Positions 8,463-18,321 of a stretch of 64,000 bases of DNA are shown piece by piece. This DNA comes from Myxococcota bacterium (GTDB lineage: Bacteria > Myxococcota_A > UBA796 > GCA-2862545): positions 1 through 64,000 of the forward strand of contig JBCCQY010000009.1 in the NCBI GenBank assembly GCA_039208735.1. The letters are read 5' to 3'. The first letter of the stretch is position 1. Each line of letters starts with the position of its first letter. The notes under the pieces are model-generated. The model was not told where the DNA came from, did no database searches, and saw only the letters and a program-made list of their open reading frames with translations. The position numbers were made by a program, and so were the translations under genes.

Positions 8463-9197
8463 ATGGCTCACATCGTGATGTACGCTGCGACCTCGGCGAT
8501 TGCCGCAGCGGTCGCCCGTCGGTTGGCCGCGAGGGGCGACGCGCTCTATCTGATCGCGCGAGACCCGGCGAAGCTCGCTGTCTTGCAGGCTGAACTCGGT
8601 GAGGCAGTGCGGGGCGTCGACGCCGAGGCTGGCGTGGCCCCCTCCGAACGATGGGCCCGCGCCACGCAAGCGCTGGGAACCGTGGATGCGGTGTTGATGG
8701 CGCAGGGTCACCTGCCGGATCAGCTCGAGACGGAGCGTTCCGCGCTGGCGATGCGTGCGACCTTCGATGCGAACCTCACCGATGTCGTGGCTCAACTGCT
8801 TCCGGTCGCCGATGCCCTCGAGGCCCAAGGTCGAGGTACGCTCGCCGTCATCACCAGCGTTGCCGGCATGCGAGGGCGGCCGAGGAACTTCACCTATGGG
8901 GCAGCCAAGGCTGGACTCTCGACCTGGCTACGAGGACTGCGCTCTCGCCTATGGCCGTCGGGTGCACGGGTCGTTGACCTCCGGCCGGGGCCTGTCGTCA
9001 CCCCCATGACCGAGGGACACCCGCGTAATCCCCTATTTGCAACCCCCGAAGGCATCGCGGGCCCCATCGTGCGCGCCCTCGACCGAGGAGGGCCCAGAGT
9101 GGTCTACCTTCCTGCATACTGGGGGCCCATCATGGCCGTGATACGCCGTTTACCGGAGTGGCTCTTCCAACGGTTTGGATTTCTCGCGGGGCGTTGA
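8463..9197 (+). CDS. SDR oxidoreductase, DprE2-like
   Basis: ATSAIA Rossmann variant, SVAG.RGR..N..YGAAK (YxxxK) and PGPV.TPMT. Confidence 0.88.
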   Translation: MAHIVMYAATSAIAAAVARRLAARGDALYLIARDPAKLAVLQAELGEAVRGVDAEAGVAPSERWARATQALGTVDAVLMAQGHLPDQLETERSALAMRATFDANLTDVVAQLLPVADALEAQGRGTLAVITSVAGMRGRPRNFTYGAAKAGLSTWLRGLRSRLWPSGARVVDLRPGPVVTPMTEGHPRNPLFATPEGIAGPIVRALDRGGPRVVYLPAYWGPIMAVIRRLPEWLFQRFGFLAGR

Positions 9198-9302
9198 TGT
9201 CGATCATGACGGATGATGTGGCGTTTTGGCGAGTGCAGAAGCTGGATCTCGCCTGATCCTGAACCCATCCGGCTCTTCCCATAGGGTCATCTGGCTCAAA
9301 CA

Positions 9303-9328
9303 AGCGCCCGCCTTTGAAGGCGGACGCT
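9303..9328. terminator. GC-rich hairpin between convergent genes
   Basis: AGCGCCCGCCTT / AAGGCGGACGCT with one mismatch and no U-tract. Confidence 0.4.
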
Positions 9329-9342
9329 ATACCGGCTGAAGA

Positions 9343-9612
9343 CTAGCTACGGCCGAAAATGTCCGAAGCCTCGTAGGCGAGCTGGGCATTCGACTTGCCG
9401 ACCTTGGTTTCATGACGGCGATCGGCGGCCTGCTCGGCGGGAGCAGGCGCTTCGGCCTCTCGCTCCAGAATCACACGGGCGACCTCCGACAGCTCGACCA
9501 CGTATGCGGGGCCGAAGTGCAGCGCCGACGACTCGGGGTCCGGTCGCTCAGGCTGAGGGAGTGATGGGGGTGCGGTCGGTTCGACCGCGGTGAGTTCCAT
9601 GGTGACCTCCAT
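9343..9612 (-). CDS. Small hypothetical protein
   Basis: 89-aa ORF co-directional with the upstream gene; contains PAYVVELS. Confidence 0.55.
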   Translation of the reverse strand: MEVTMELTAVEPTAPPSLPQPERPDPESSALHFGPAYVVELSEVARVILEREAEAPAPAEQAADRRHETKVGKSNAQLAYEASDIFGRS

Positions 9613-9651
9613 GAAACCGGTCGTCGGATCGATGCGAGTCTTCTTGTAGGG

Positions 9652-11694
9652 TTAGCCGCCGACCTCGAAGGATGGCAGGCTCTGAGGCATAGACCAGAGT
9701 TTCGCAAGTCGACCGAACTCGGGGTTGCCCGTGCGTCGGAAGTACACAAACCATACGGCCCCGTGGATGGTCATGTTCACCTCGCGGAGCTGCGCTCGAA
9801 TGGCCTCGAGCGTCGGTTCGCGCTCCGTCCGCAAGAACGCGGCAAGTTTGGGGTGGGTCTCGGTCAGTTGCGGCAGGGCCTCCGCGGTGTCACGCCCTTC
9901 CTGTTCGTTGTGGAGGAAGTCGAGCACCTCACCCGGTCCATTGAGTCGCTCACCCTTGGGGGTGGCCCAGGCACGGTCGGCCTCGGTCGCACCGTCAGAG
10001 AGGGCCACGAACAGCTCGAGCCCTCCGCCACTGGCACTGGCGCTCCGCAAGCGTTCGAGGTCGCCGGCCACGAGGGCCACGTTGGCGAACAGGTTGGCCG
10101 AATCGGCGTTGGGCTCGTCCAACGCCAAGGCTTCGGTAAGCCGGGTCCATTCGGCCTCGAGCCCACTCGGATCGTCGTGCAACCGCAGCATGTCAGCCAT
10201 CGTGAACAGCGAGGGGTCGACGTCGGGCAACTGATCCGCAATGGCGGTGCCCGAATGCTTGCGATGCTTCAGGATGCACACGAACAGGTCGGCGCCCTCG
10301 GAGGCTAGCGTCTCGTCGAGTTCGAAGGCACGCCGGATGTGCTGCTCGGCCGATTCAAGATTGTCGCCACGCAGCAACTCGTCAAACGCCATGGCGTAGT
10401 GGGCCCTCGCGTAATCTGGATCGCGAGAAAGCGACTCTGCGAGCCAGCGGGTGGACACCTCACCCTCGGTGATGCGGCCCGCGAGGTACGCATCCATGGC
10501 GGAGTCGGGGTTCGCTTCGGCCCGGGCCACATACGCGTCCTGCACGGCCGTGTCTCGGCCTTGCGCATCTTGACAGAATCGATGTCGCTCGACCGTCTCG
10601 AAGGGGCCTGTGAGCCAGCTGGCACAGACGTCGGCGGGGGTCCGTTCGGGGGTGAGCACACCCATCGCAACCGAAAGGACCTGTCGGTCGGTCACCCCGT
10701 CGTAGGCCGCCGATACTGCGTACGCCATTGCGGCTTCCGGACCCGCGTTCTCGAAGAGGTAGACAATCAGTCGGCTCGGACTTTCCTCGGTGATGGCCGA
10801 CAAGTGCGAGTTGATGATCGTGTCGCCTTCGGACACCGACTTCGAATCGGGCGGTTCGCGGAACACGTAATCGACGCTTTCAACCTGATTCACTCGGCCA
10901 AAGAGGGGCTCGTCATCGGGCGGGGTCAGGGGGCCGTAGTTGATGTGGTCGATCACGAGAAGCTGGCGAGCACCCACATTGTAGATTGTGTCTTTCCAAG
11001 TGCCGGCGCCCAGGTCGAGCCGGACCTCTTCGAAGGGAGCCGATTCGCCTGGAAACGTTGCGGTGATGAGGGTCGACCGGGCGGCGAGGCGCACCTCTTG
11101 ATGGGTCTTCGGTTCGAGGGTCCACGAATGGTCGACCGTGTCGAGAACCACGGGCCTTGAAAACCCATTGTAAAACACCACATCAGCGCGTGTAGAGGAG
11201 TCGAAGAGGCCCCAGCCAATCGAACCCAACACCATTGTCGCTACGGCCCCCCACAAGAACAAGGGAATGCGCACCCAACCAGGATTCGGCGTCTTAGCCA
11301 GGAAGTACCAACCGTCGTCCTCGGACGGCGCGACCAGATAGGAACCCAAGGGAATCACGGGCAAGTACAGGAACGTGAACCACAACGTGCCGATGGAGGT
11401 GCCGTCTTCGCCCTTCTCGGCGCTTCCGTACAGGCGCGTGCCAATGCCGTTGAACGTGAACATGCTGGGGGCTTTGGTCAGGGGCGAGGTCCAAAGGCGC
11501 CGAAGGTCCAGGTAACGACGAATGCGCTTCTGACGGGCCGGATCGCGGACGGTCTTGAGGTGCTTTTTCAGCTCGGCGCGGGCACGCATGCCTTTGCCTT
11601 CTTGGTGAAGATTGACGACCCGCTCAGGAAACAGGTCGAGGTCGTCTTCCTCCACCATGATCGCCTGAAGCGTCGTCAGTTCTGCTTCTGACAT
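9652..11694 (-). CDS. Membrane protein with TPR-like C-terminal region
   Basis: NGIGTRLYG...WFTFLYLPVIPLGSY membrane motif, then a TM helix and TPR-like SLSRDPDYARAHYAMA. Confidence 0.8.
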   Translation of the reverse strand: MSEAELTTLQAIMVEEDDLDLFPERVVNLHQEGKGMRARAELKKHLKTVRDPARQKRIRRYLDLRRLWTSPLTKAPSMFTFNGIGTRLYGSAEKGEDGTSIGTLWFTFLYLPVIPLGSYLVAPSEDDGWYFLAKTPNPGWVRIPLFLWGAVATMVLGSIGWGLFDSSTRADVVFYNGFSRPVVLDTVDHSWTLEPKTHQEVRLAARSTLITATFPGESAPFEEVRLDLGAGTWKDTIYNVGARQLLVIDHINYGPLTPPDDEPLFGRVNQVESVDYVFREPPDSKSVSEGDTIINSHLSAITEESPSRLIVYLFENAGPEAAMAYAVSAAYDGVTDRQVLSVAMGVLTPERTPADVCASWLTGPFETVERHRFCQDAQGRDTAVQDAYVARAEANPDSAMDAYLAGRITEGEVSTRWLAESLSRDPDYARAHYAMAFDELLRGDNLESAEQHIRRAFELDETLASEGADLFVCILKHRKHSGTAIADQLPDVDPSLFTMADMLRLHDDPSGLEAEWTRLTEALALDEPNADSANLFANVALVAGDLERLRSASASGGGLELFVALSDGATEADRAWATPKGERLNGPGEVLDFLHNEQEGRDTAEALPQLTETHPKLAAFLRTEREPTLEAIRAQLREVNMTIHGAVWFVYFRRTGNPEFGRLAKLWSMPQSLPSFEVGG

Positions 11695-11796
11695 GTTGAA
11701 TGCTCTCCATTTCCCGTTGAGAAGCTCTTGTCTCGTTTGGTCATGGAGCACAACGTGCGCGGACGGATTTTGTCCGACTCTTGGGTTGTTTTGGAA

Positions 11797-12657
11797 TTAG
11801 CTTATTCGTTCGGGAGGCTCTCGCCACGGCACGGCCACCGGAGCCATTCGTTCATCAACCAACCGGCGGGCTTGTGCCAGTGTCGTGACGTCTTCCGCAG
11901 CGAGCCACCACGCCGCTTGCGCACTTCCTTGCGTCTCGGTGGCCACCGTGACCGTGAGGTGAGCCCCCGCGACCTCAAAGTGGTGGTTGGCCCCGTCGCG
12001 GGTCATCGAAAAGCGTTCCTGGAGCCGGTCGAGCACCGGCAACGGAAGGGTGGTGCGTGGATGCCGAAGCCAAATGCGGTTGGCATGGCGATGGACCGGG
12101 GCCCGCAGTCGGTCCGTCGGGGTCGCGTCGTAGGAGCGGAAGCGGAGTGGCGTCCAGTCGATTTGGTAGTACCTGGCAATCCAGTCGAAAACCATCTCGG
12201 AGAGGCTGTCATAGGCGCGAACCCATGCATCGTTGCCCGGGATCCAGAACAGTTCGGCATTGTCGACCCAAATCGTGGGGTCGGGGTCTGGCCCAACTTC
12301 GAAGGCGAGCAGGAAGTTGCCTTGATTTTCGTAGATGAGGGGCACCAAGGTGCGGCCTTCGGGCATCCCCCGGTAGCGCCCATGGCGTTCCCGGTCGCTT
12401 TCCGCGAGGGCTCGCAGGGATGAGACGGGCAATGGCACTTCGTCGTTGCTGTAGTTCGCCCAGAGGTCGGGCAGCGGAACGTCCCAGATCGACCCGTCGG
12501 GGAGGGGAACCGCGACTCGAGTTGTGTAGAGCGCCCGCACGGTGGTGGGCAACGTGAAGGGCAAGTCGGGACCGGTTTCGTCGAGAGCGTCAGGCTCGAC
12601 GCGCCCTTTGGCGCCCAGCAGGTGAAACACGTTCTCGAACGGCGACAGGCCCATCAT
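11797..12657 (-). CDS. SMI1/KNR4 (SUKH)-like putative immunity protein
   Basis: LPTTVRALY, ENQG....F, DPDPTIWV and SLSEMVFDW pattern. Confidence 0.6.
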   Translation of the reverse strand: MMGLSPFENVFHLLGAKGRVEPDALDETGPDLPFTLPTTVRALYTTRVAVPLPDGSIWDVPLPDLWANYSNDEVPLPVSSLRALAESDRERHGRYRGMPEGRTLVPLIYENQGNFLLAFEVGPDPDPTIWVDNAELFWIPGNDAWVRAYDSLSEMVFDWIARYYQIDWTPLRFRSYDATPTDRLRAPVHRHANRIWLRHPRTTLPLPVLDRLQERFSMTRDGANHHFEVAGAHLTVTVATETQGSAQAAWWLAAEDVTTLAQARRLVDERMAPVAVPWREPPERIS

Positions 12658-12667
12658 CCCCCTGTGT

Positions 12668-13159
12668 CTACCTAAGGAAGTCTGTCGGCGGTCGTCGGGG
12701 CTTTCGGAGGTGGAACTCCGCGACAAACCGCACGTCGTCGTCAAGCGAGCCACTCTGCAGCGTATTGATGACGGGGTCGACAAGAAAGGGTCGTTCGTGA
12801 ACGACGAAGAAGAAGTGCTCAAAGTCGGGCGCGTCGTCGAGTTTGAAGCTGTAGTCGAGCCAGTCCGCGGATTCGAGGGGGGCCGACTGGCTTTCGGAGT
12901 CGGAGGGCAGGTGCACGGTGATGAAGCCTCGACCGTCTTGCGAAAGGATGGCCCCGTAGGAGCCCTCGGTGACGCCAAGGTACCCGACTTGAATGAGGTC
13001 ACCGTGGTCGAGGCGGTCGCCATCACGAACCCGCAGAATGTCATCTTGCTGCTTTCGCACCATGCGTAAGGTGGGGCCCTTGCAAGGCGGGACGTCTCGT
13101 GGGCTGTGGCATCGGGGCACTCCCGCCAGTACGAAACTTAGGCCCGCGAACATGCGCAT
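12668..13159 (-). CDS. DUF4384/ActD-like domain protein
   Basis: GGAGGAG RBS; GDLIQVGY, ILSQDGRG.ITVHLP and SFKLDDAPDFEHFFFV. Confidence 0.65.
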   Translation of the reverse strand: MRMFAGLSFVLAGVPRCHSPRDVPPCKGPTLRMVRKQQDDILRVRDGDRLDHGDLIQVGYLGVTEGSYGAILSQDGRGFITVHLPSDSESQSAPLESADWLDYSFKLDDAPDFEHFFFVVHERPFLVDPVINTLQSGSLDDDVRFVAEFHLRKPRRPPTDFLR

Positions 13160-13208
13160 TGGTTGCTCCTCCGGTCCCTAGGACAACGGAGGCGCGCCGA
13201 GCCGTCAC

Positions 13209-14045
13209 TCAGTCGAAGAGGATGTGGAAGCGGGCAAGTGCAGCGCGGAGAAGGTCGTGTTGGCGTGGCTGGAGGCGATCGGCCTTCAACCATTGGGACG
13301 TGGTGAAGTAGCCAAGGATAAGGTTCGCCGTATCCATCACTTCATCCACGCCGTGAGGGGCCCAGCTTCTCCAGGAGGCGGGGTCGGCCAGGCCCTCGAC
13401 GATGAACCGGGTGACGTCGAAGCCGGCCGGTGCCCACCCCGCGTTGGGCCAATCCAGGATGACGGCGCGTCCAGGTTGGAAGATGATGTTTTCGGCATGA
13501 AAGTCGGCGTGGCAGAGGACGCCGGGTGCCGACTCGAGGCGATGGACTGCGGTGGCCGCGCGTTGAGGCAGGTCACGAACCATCTCCTCGGCCAACGGAA
13601 AATGACGTAGAAGATGGGGGAGCCCGGTCTCGATGCGGGCGCCCATCTCTTCAGCCTTTGGCAGGATGGTACGCAAGCCTTCTGGGGCGGAATCGCTCGG
13701 AACGACCCGGGCGATGGCTCGCAAGGCGTCGGCAACCGCGTCCGCACGCTCTGCACCCACTCCCACCACGCAATCTCCAGGGTCTCCGTCGATCCAGTCC
13801 ATCACCAACCACGCTCCGTCTCGCCGATGAAGCCGCGGCATGTGAACGCCTTCGCACTGGGGCGCCCATCGTGCGTAGAACGCCGCTTCACGGTCGGCGT
13901 CGCTCTCCCGATAGGCGTGTTTGACCACCCGATCACCGATGCGCCAGAGCTCGCTGGCCATGCCAAACTGCTCACCGATGCGAACCGCGTTGGGCCAGTC
14001 AAGATCGGCGAGGGAGTCGGGAGGATTCGGCCGCTTCAATGGCAC
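13209..14045 (-). CDS. Aminoglycoside phosphotransferase (APH)-family kinase
   Basis: VVKH, REAAFY, CHADFHAENI and ILDW. Start is approximate. Confidence 0.85.
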   Translation of the reverse strand: MPLKRPNPPDSLADLDWPNAVRIGEQFGMASELWRIGDRVVKHAYRESDADREAAFYARWAPQCEGVHMPRLHRRDGAWLVMDWIDGDPGDCVVGVGAERADAVADALRAIARVVPSDSAPEGLRTILPKAEEMGARIETGLPHLLRHFPLAEEMVRDLPQRAATAVHRLESAPGVLCHADFHAENIIFQPGRAVILDWPNAGWAPAGFDVTRFIVEGLADPASWRSWAPHGVDEVMDTANLILGYFTTSQWLKADRLQPRQHDLLRAALARFHILFD

Positions 14046-14281
14046 TCCAGATGGGTTTGGCCCAAACCTATCCAATTCTGGGTGCGCCGTGGGTGAAGCA
14101 AATGCGGCATCCACGATCCGATGCCTGGAGCCCTTGGAGAGCGGATTGTTGACAACAGAGATTCTGGTCCGAACCCCTTTGACGCCTGGAGCTGAACCGT
14201 GACGGTAATGGCACAGCCGTACCGTTGACCCTCGGGACATGCGCTGCGCAGCCTGTCTTCGGAAACGGAGGAAGAACCATC

Positions 14282-16222
14282 ATGAGTACGAAGTCGACCT
14301 GGCCCGTGAACCGCCGGGGCTTCCTACGCACGGCCCTGGCCGGAACCGCAGTGGCGGCGTTGCCCGTAGAGGCCCTCGCCGCCACGGCTGGGCCGAGTCC
14401 CTACGGGGGCCTGGCGGTGCGGGATGGCAGTGGTCTGCTGCTTCCCTCGGGATTCACGGCTCGCGTGGTGGCGGAGTCTGGGCAATCGGTATCTGGGACT
14501 TCGTTTGTCTGGCGAGGGGCTCCCGACGGCGCGGCGACGTTCCCCGATGGCTCAGGCGGTTGGTTCCACGCCGTCAACCACGAGCTGTCCAGCGGTGGCG
14601 GTGTCTCCGTCCTTCATTTCGACGGCTCGGCCAACGTCATTGATGCGTACTCGATCCTCGACAACACCCGGCGGAATTGTGGGGGCGGCCCAACGCCTTG
14701 GGGCACGTGGCTGTCCTGCGAAGAGGTTTCGGACGGCCTGGTCTATGAGTGTGACCCGAGCCAGCCCAGCCAAGGTGTGTCGCGTCCGGCACTGGGTCGC
14801 TTCAATCATGAAGCCGTGGCTGTCGACCCGATTGGTGAGCGGCTGTTTCTGACCGAAGACCGTTCGAACGGTCTGCTCTACCGCTTCACCCCGACGACCT
14901 ATCCCGACCTCACGAGTGGCGTATTGGAGGTCGCGTTCGTCGATAGCCAGGGCAATGTCTCGTGGACGGCGATTCCCGATCCCAGTGCCTCGACCCAGTC
15001 GACGCGTACTCAGTTGTCATCGAGCCTCGTGACGCGATTCAATGGCGGTGAAGGCATCTGGTACCAAGACAGCAAGGTCTGGTTTACGACCAAGGGCGAC
15101 GATGGCGTTTGGGAGTTCGATCTCGTGGCCAATCGCATCACCCGCATCTGGAATGGGGGCTCCCCACTCACCGGCGTGGACAACATTACCGTCGAGCAGG
15201 GAACGCAAGACATCTTCGTGGCCGAAGATGGCGGCAACATGGAGATTGTCATCATCGACAATCAGGGCCATGTTGCGCCATTTTTGCGTGTGCCGAACCA
15301 AGGCAGCTCGGAAATCACTGGGCCGGTGTTCAACCCAGCCGGTGACCGGATGTACTTCAGCTCTCAGCGAGGCACGAACGGCAACGGCATCACCTACGAG
15401 GTCACAGGGCCGTTTCGGGGAACCGGTGCGACGCCGCCCGCGCCGACGCCGACGCCGAGTACGTCCCGGTACGTGTTGCAGAACGTGCGGTACGGAAACT
15501 TCCTCACCGAGGTCTCGTCCAACCGCATTGAGCTCACTGCTTCGACGGGAGTGGACTCCGAGTGGGACCTCGTGGCTATCGGGACCAACCGCTTCCACCT
15601 CATCAACGTGGCTACCGGTCGGTGGCTCGATAGCGATGGGGGTGGAAATGTGGTGGGAACGTCGAGTTCGCCGGCCTCCGATGATGAATGGGAACTCGAT
15701 GACTTCGACCAAGGCCGGTACACCCTGCGCAACCTCTCGGCGAACCGCTACCTCGATGCAGATACCGACGATCGCGTGCGGCTGTGGAGCGACCAACAGA
15801 CCGATGCCCAGTGGCGCTTCTTGCCGGCAGGCCTGCGGCTTGGCGGGCGATTCGTCCTCCTCAACGTCCGCTATGGCAACTACCTCTCCGAAGTTTCGTC
15901 CAACCGGATCGAATTGGTGTCATCTGTCGAGAGTCGTGCGGTGTGGCAGGTGATCGAGATCGGAACCAACCGATACCACCTCGTCAATACCGTCACCGGT
16001 CGTTGGTTAGATAGCGACGGCGCGGGCAATGTGGTGGGAACCTCGAGTTCGCCCGGTTCGGACGACGAGTGGGAACTCGATGAGTTGGGCATTGGTGAGT
16101 ACTCGCTGCGCAACTTCTCGGCGAACCGCTACCTTGATGCCGATACCGACGATCGGGTCCGGCTGTGGAGCGACCAGCAGACCGATGCACGGTGGCGTTT
16201 CCTGCCCGTGGGCCTGACCTAA
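14282..16222 (+). CDS. phoX: Tat-exported PhoX-type alkaline phosphatase with two C-terminal ricin-B-like beta-trefoil domains
   Basis: Tat motif NRRGFLR; NHE, NCGGG.TPWGTWLSCEE, GRFNHEA, TED, DN and EITG; PT linker; duplicated QxW-type domains. Confidence 0.9.
   Translation: MSTKSTWPVNRRGFLRTALAGTAVAALPVEALAATAGPSPYGGLAVRDGSGLLLPSGFTARVVAESGQSVSGTSFVWRGAPDGAATFPDGSGGWFHAVNHELSSGGGVSVLHFDGSANVIDAYSILDNTRRNCGGGPTPWGTWLSCEEVSDGLVYECDPSQPSQGVSRPALGRFNHEAVAVDPIGERLFLTEDRSNGLLYRFTPTTYPDLTSGVLEVAFVDSQGNVSWTAIPDPSASTQSTRTQLSSSLVTRFNGGEGIWYQDSKVWFTTKGDDGVWEFDLVANRITRIWNGGSPLTGVDNITVEQGTQDIFVAEDGGNMEIVIIDNQGHVAPFLRVPNQGSSEITGPVFNPAGDRMYFSSQRGTNGNGITYEVTGPFRGTGATPPAPTPTPSTSRYVLQNVRYGNFLTEVSSNRIELTASTGVDSEWDLVAIGTNRFHLINVATGRWLDSDGGGNVVGTSSSPASDDEWELDDFDQGRYTLRNLSANRYLDADTDDRVRLWSDQQTDAQWRFLPAGLRLGGRFVLLNVRYGNYLSEVSSNRIELVSSVESRAVWQVIEIGTNRYHLVNTVTGRWLDSDGAGNVVGTSSSPGSDDEWELDELGIGEYSLRNFSANRYLDADTDDRVRLWSDQQTDARWRFLPVGLT
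15467..16216 (+). repeat. Intragenic tandem duplication, 381-nt period
   Basis: The two copies start at 15467 and 15848 and share SANRYLDADTDDRVRLWSDQQTDA identically. Confidence 0.9.
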
Positions 16223-16226
16223 TTCC

Positions 16227-18161
16227 TTAGCTTCGGGCCTTGATGAGGAACCAGACCCGAAGCACTTCGGCCACGGACCACGCTTGAGCGATGGCTCCTC
16301 GCGGACGCCGCGGGGGGTCTCCGTCGAAGATTTCGGAGATCGAGCCCACCGCGTGTTCAGCGAGGTGGTCGACAAAACCTTCGAGAAGGGCGGCAGCGCG
16401 GTCACGGTGACCATGGACCCGAAGGTGCGCCTCCACAAATGGGCCCATCAGCCAGGCCCAAACCGTGCCTTGGTGGTAGGCACCGTCACGTTCCTTGGGG
16501 TCGCCTTCGTACCGACCGATGTAGCGCGGATCGTCCGGAGCGAGCGAACGCAACCCCACTGGCGTCCACAAATGACGCTCGACCACGCCGACGACCGCCT
16601 TCTGCCTCTCGACCGACAGGGGGCTGTGGTGGAGGGAAACCGCGAAGATCTGGTTTGGGCGAACGGATGCGTCGACCTGAGCCCCGGGTGGGTCGAGGAC
16701 GTCGGCGCACCCTTCGTCGTCCGAGAGAAAGAACTTGGCGAAATGGGCTTGGACGTTGGCCGCGCGCGCCTGCCAAGGGGCGGCGTCGATACCCCGCGCC
16801 TTTGCAAACTCCGCCATGGTCATCAGCGCGTTGTACCAAAGGGCATTGACCTCAACGCACTTGCCCGTGCGGGGCGTGATGACGTGCGGGCCGACCTTGG
16901 CGTCCATCCAAGTGAGCTGAATGCCGGGTTCGCCCGAGCGCAAGAGCCCGTCCGCCGGATCCACGCCAATTCCAAACCGGGTGCCCGACTCATGGTGTTC
17001 GACGATCGATTCGAGCACGGGGAACAGGTCGTGGATGAGCTGCACATCGCCCGTTGCGGCAAACTGACGGCGAATCGCTTCGAAGTACCACAACGTGGCG
17101 TCGACGGTGTTGTACTCGGTGGGCTTGCCTTCATCGGGGAAGCGGTTGGGAAGCATGCCCTGGTCGACGTACGTGGCGTAGCGACGCAACACCTCGTCCG
17201 CGAGTTCCGGGCGCCCGACGACGGTGGTGAGCCCGTGAAGCGCGATCATGGTGTCGCGCCCCCAATCGCCAAACCAGGGGTAGCCGGCAATGATGGTGGG
17301 GGCGGAGCCGCGTACGACAAACTGGCTTGCCGCCCGGACAAGTTGCTGAATCCAATCGGGCAATGGCGTCGTGACGGTCTTTTGCGCCAAGCTCACACGC
17401 GATCGGTCGCGTTCGGCAACGTCCGCGAGGACCTGCTCCGGCGTCGTGTCGAGATCGGCGGGGTCCGCAGCCATGGCGAGACCCGCCGTGCCCCCGGGGT
17501 CGATCGTGGTCCGAAGGGTTCCTACGAGCTTGGCATCGCCGACGTGGTCGAGGCCTCGTTCGAGTTCGCGCGCGAGCATGTAGTCGCGGTACCACAGGTC
17601 TTGGGGAAAGAGCTTACCGCCAAATGCACGGACCGGAAGGAGCGTAGGATCTGGGTCGTAGCGGTTCCACTCGTAGCTTAGCGAATGAAAACCGCGTCGC
17701 TCGGCCAGCAGGCGCACGTCCAGGTAGACGGGCTCGGTCGCCTCGAGGACCCGCCACTGCACCACCGTGGCGTTGTGACCTTGACGCATCGCGATGCGTC
17801 GCTCGAGCACCAGGTCCTTGAGATGCCAACGCCAAACCGGAATACTGCCTTCGAGGCGGAACGAGTGGAGGAGTTGGTCCCCACGGGGCCGCACGATGCC
17901 CGAGGCCCAACGGTTCGTGGCGAGGTCCCAGGGTTGGCCACCGTAATAGACCACTTCATCGATGCGGGTCGCGAGCACGGTGCGTTGTCGGGGCGGCTCG
18001 AGGGCTGCGACAAGTAGGCCATGGTAGCGACGGGTGTGGTTGCCGGCCACGGTACCGCTGGCGAAGCCACCGATGCCGTTGGTGACCAACCACTCGAGAC
18101 GCTCGGCGCGCGCGAGTTCGCGAAGGGCGTCGTCCTGCCGAGTCCAGGAGAGCTTCGTCAA
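16227..18161 (-). CDS. Amylo-alpha-1,6-glucosidase (glycogen debranching enzyme)
   Basis: EWLVTNGIGGFASG, AGYPWFGDWGRDT, TWMDAK, YHQGTVW and AQAWSVAE; AAGGAGGA RBS before a TTG start. Confidence 0.93.
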   Translation of the reverse strand: MTKLSWTRQDDALRELARAERLEWLVTNGIGGFASGTVAGNHTRRYHGLLVAALEPPRQRTVLATRIDEVVYYGGQPWDLATNRWASGIVRPRGDQLLHSFRLEGSIPVWRWHLKDLVLERRIAMRQGHNATVVQWRVLEATEPVYLDVRLLAERRGFHSLSYEWNRYDPDPTLLPVRAFGGKLFPQDLWYRDYMLARELERGLDHVGDAKLVGTLRTTIDPGGTAGLAMAADPADLDTTPEQVLADVAERDRSRVSLAQKTVTTPLPDWIQQLVRAASQFVVRGSAPTIIAGYPWFGDWGRDTMIALHGLTTVVGRPELADEVLRRYATYVDQGMLPNRFPDEGKPTEYNTVDATLWYFEAIRRQFAATGDVQLIHDLFPVLESIVEHHESGTRFGIGVDPADGLLRSGEPGIQLTWMDAKVGPHVITPRTGKCVEVNALWYNALMTMAEFAKARGIDAAPWQARAANVQAHFAKFFLSDDEGCADVLDPPGAQVDASVRPNQIFAVSLHHSPLSVERQKAVVGVVERHLWTPVGLRSLAPDDPRYIGRYEGDPKERDGAYHQGTVWAWLMGPFVEAHLRVHGHRDRAAALLEGFVDHLAEHAVGSISEIFDGDPPRRPRGAIAQAWSVAEVLRVWFLIKARS

Positions 18162-18321
18162 GCCTCGATCCTCCTTGCGGTTGTGGAGGCTCCCTTCGGG
18201 GGCACTACGCAACATACGTCGGAGGCCCGGGTTGTCGAATTGGCGACAGCCGCGATCCCGGTTTGGGTTGACCCCCGTGGTCAACGCTTGCATGGTGAGG
18301 CCCGATTTCCGGAGCGCAGCC

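Noticed and set aside
9197..9256. 19-codon ORF MSIMTDDVAFWRVQKLDLA coupled to the SDR stop
   Set aside because: Too short to support. It may be a gene remnant, but I recognise no motif.
14199..14216. Pho-box-like sequence upstream of phoX (reverse complement CTGTGCC-ATTA-CCGTCAC)
   Set aside because: It has several mismatches, faces away from phoX and has no third repeat, so it is too weak to call.
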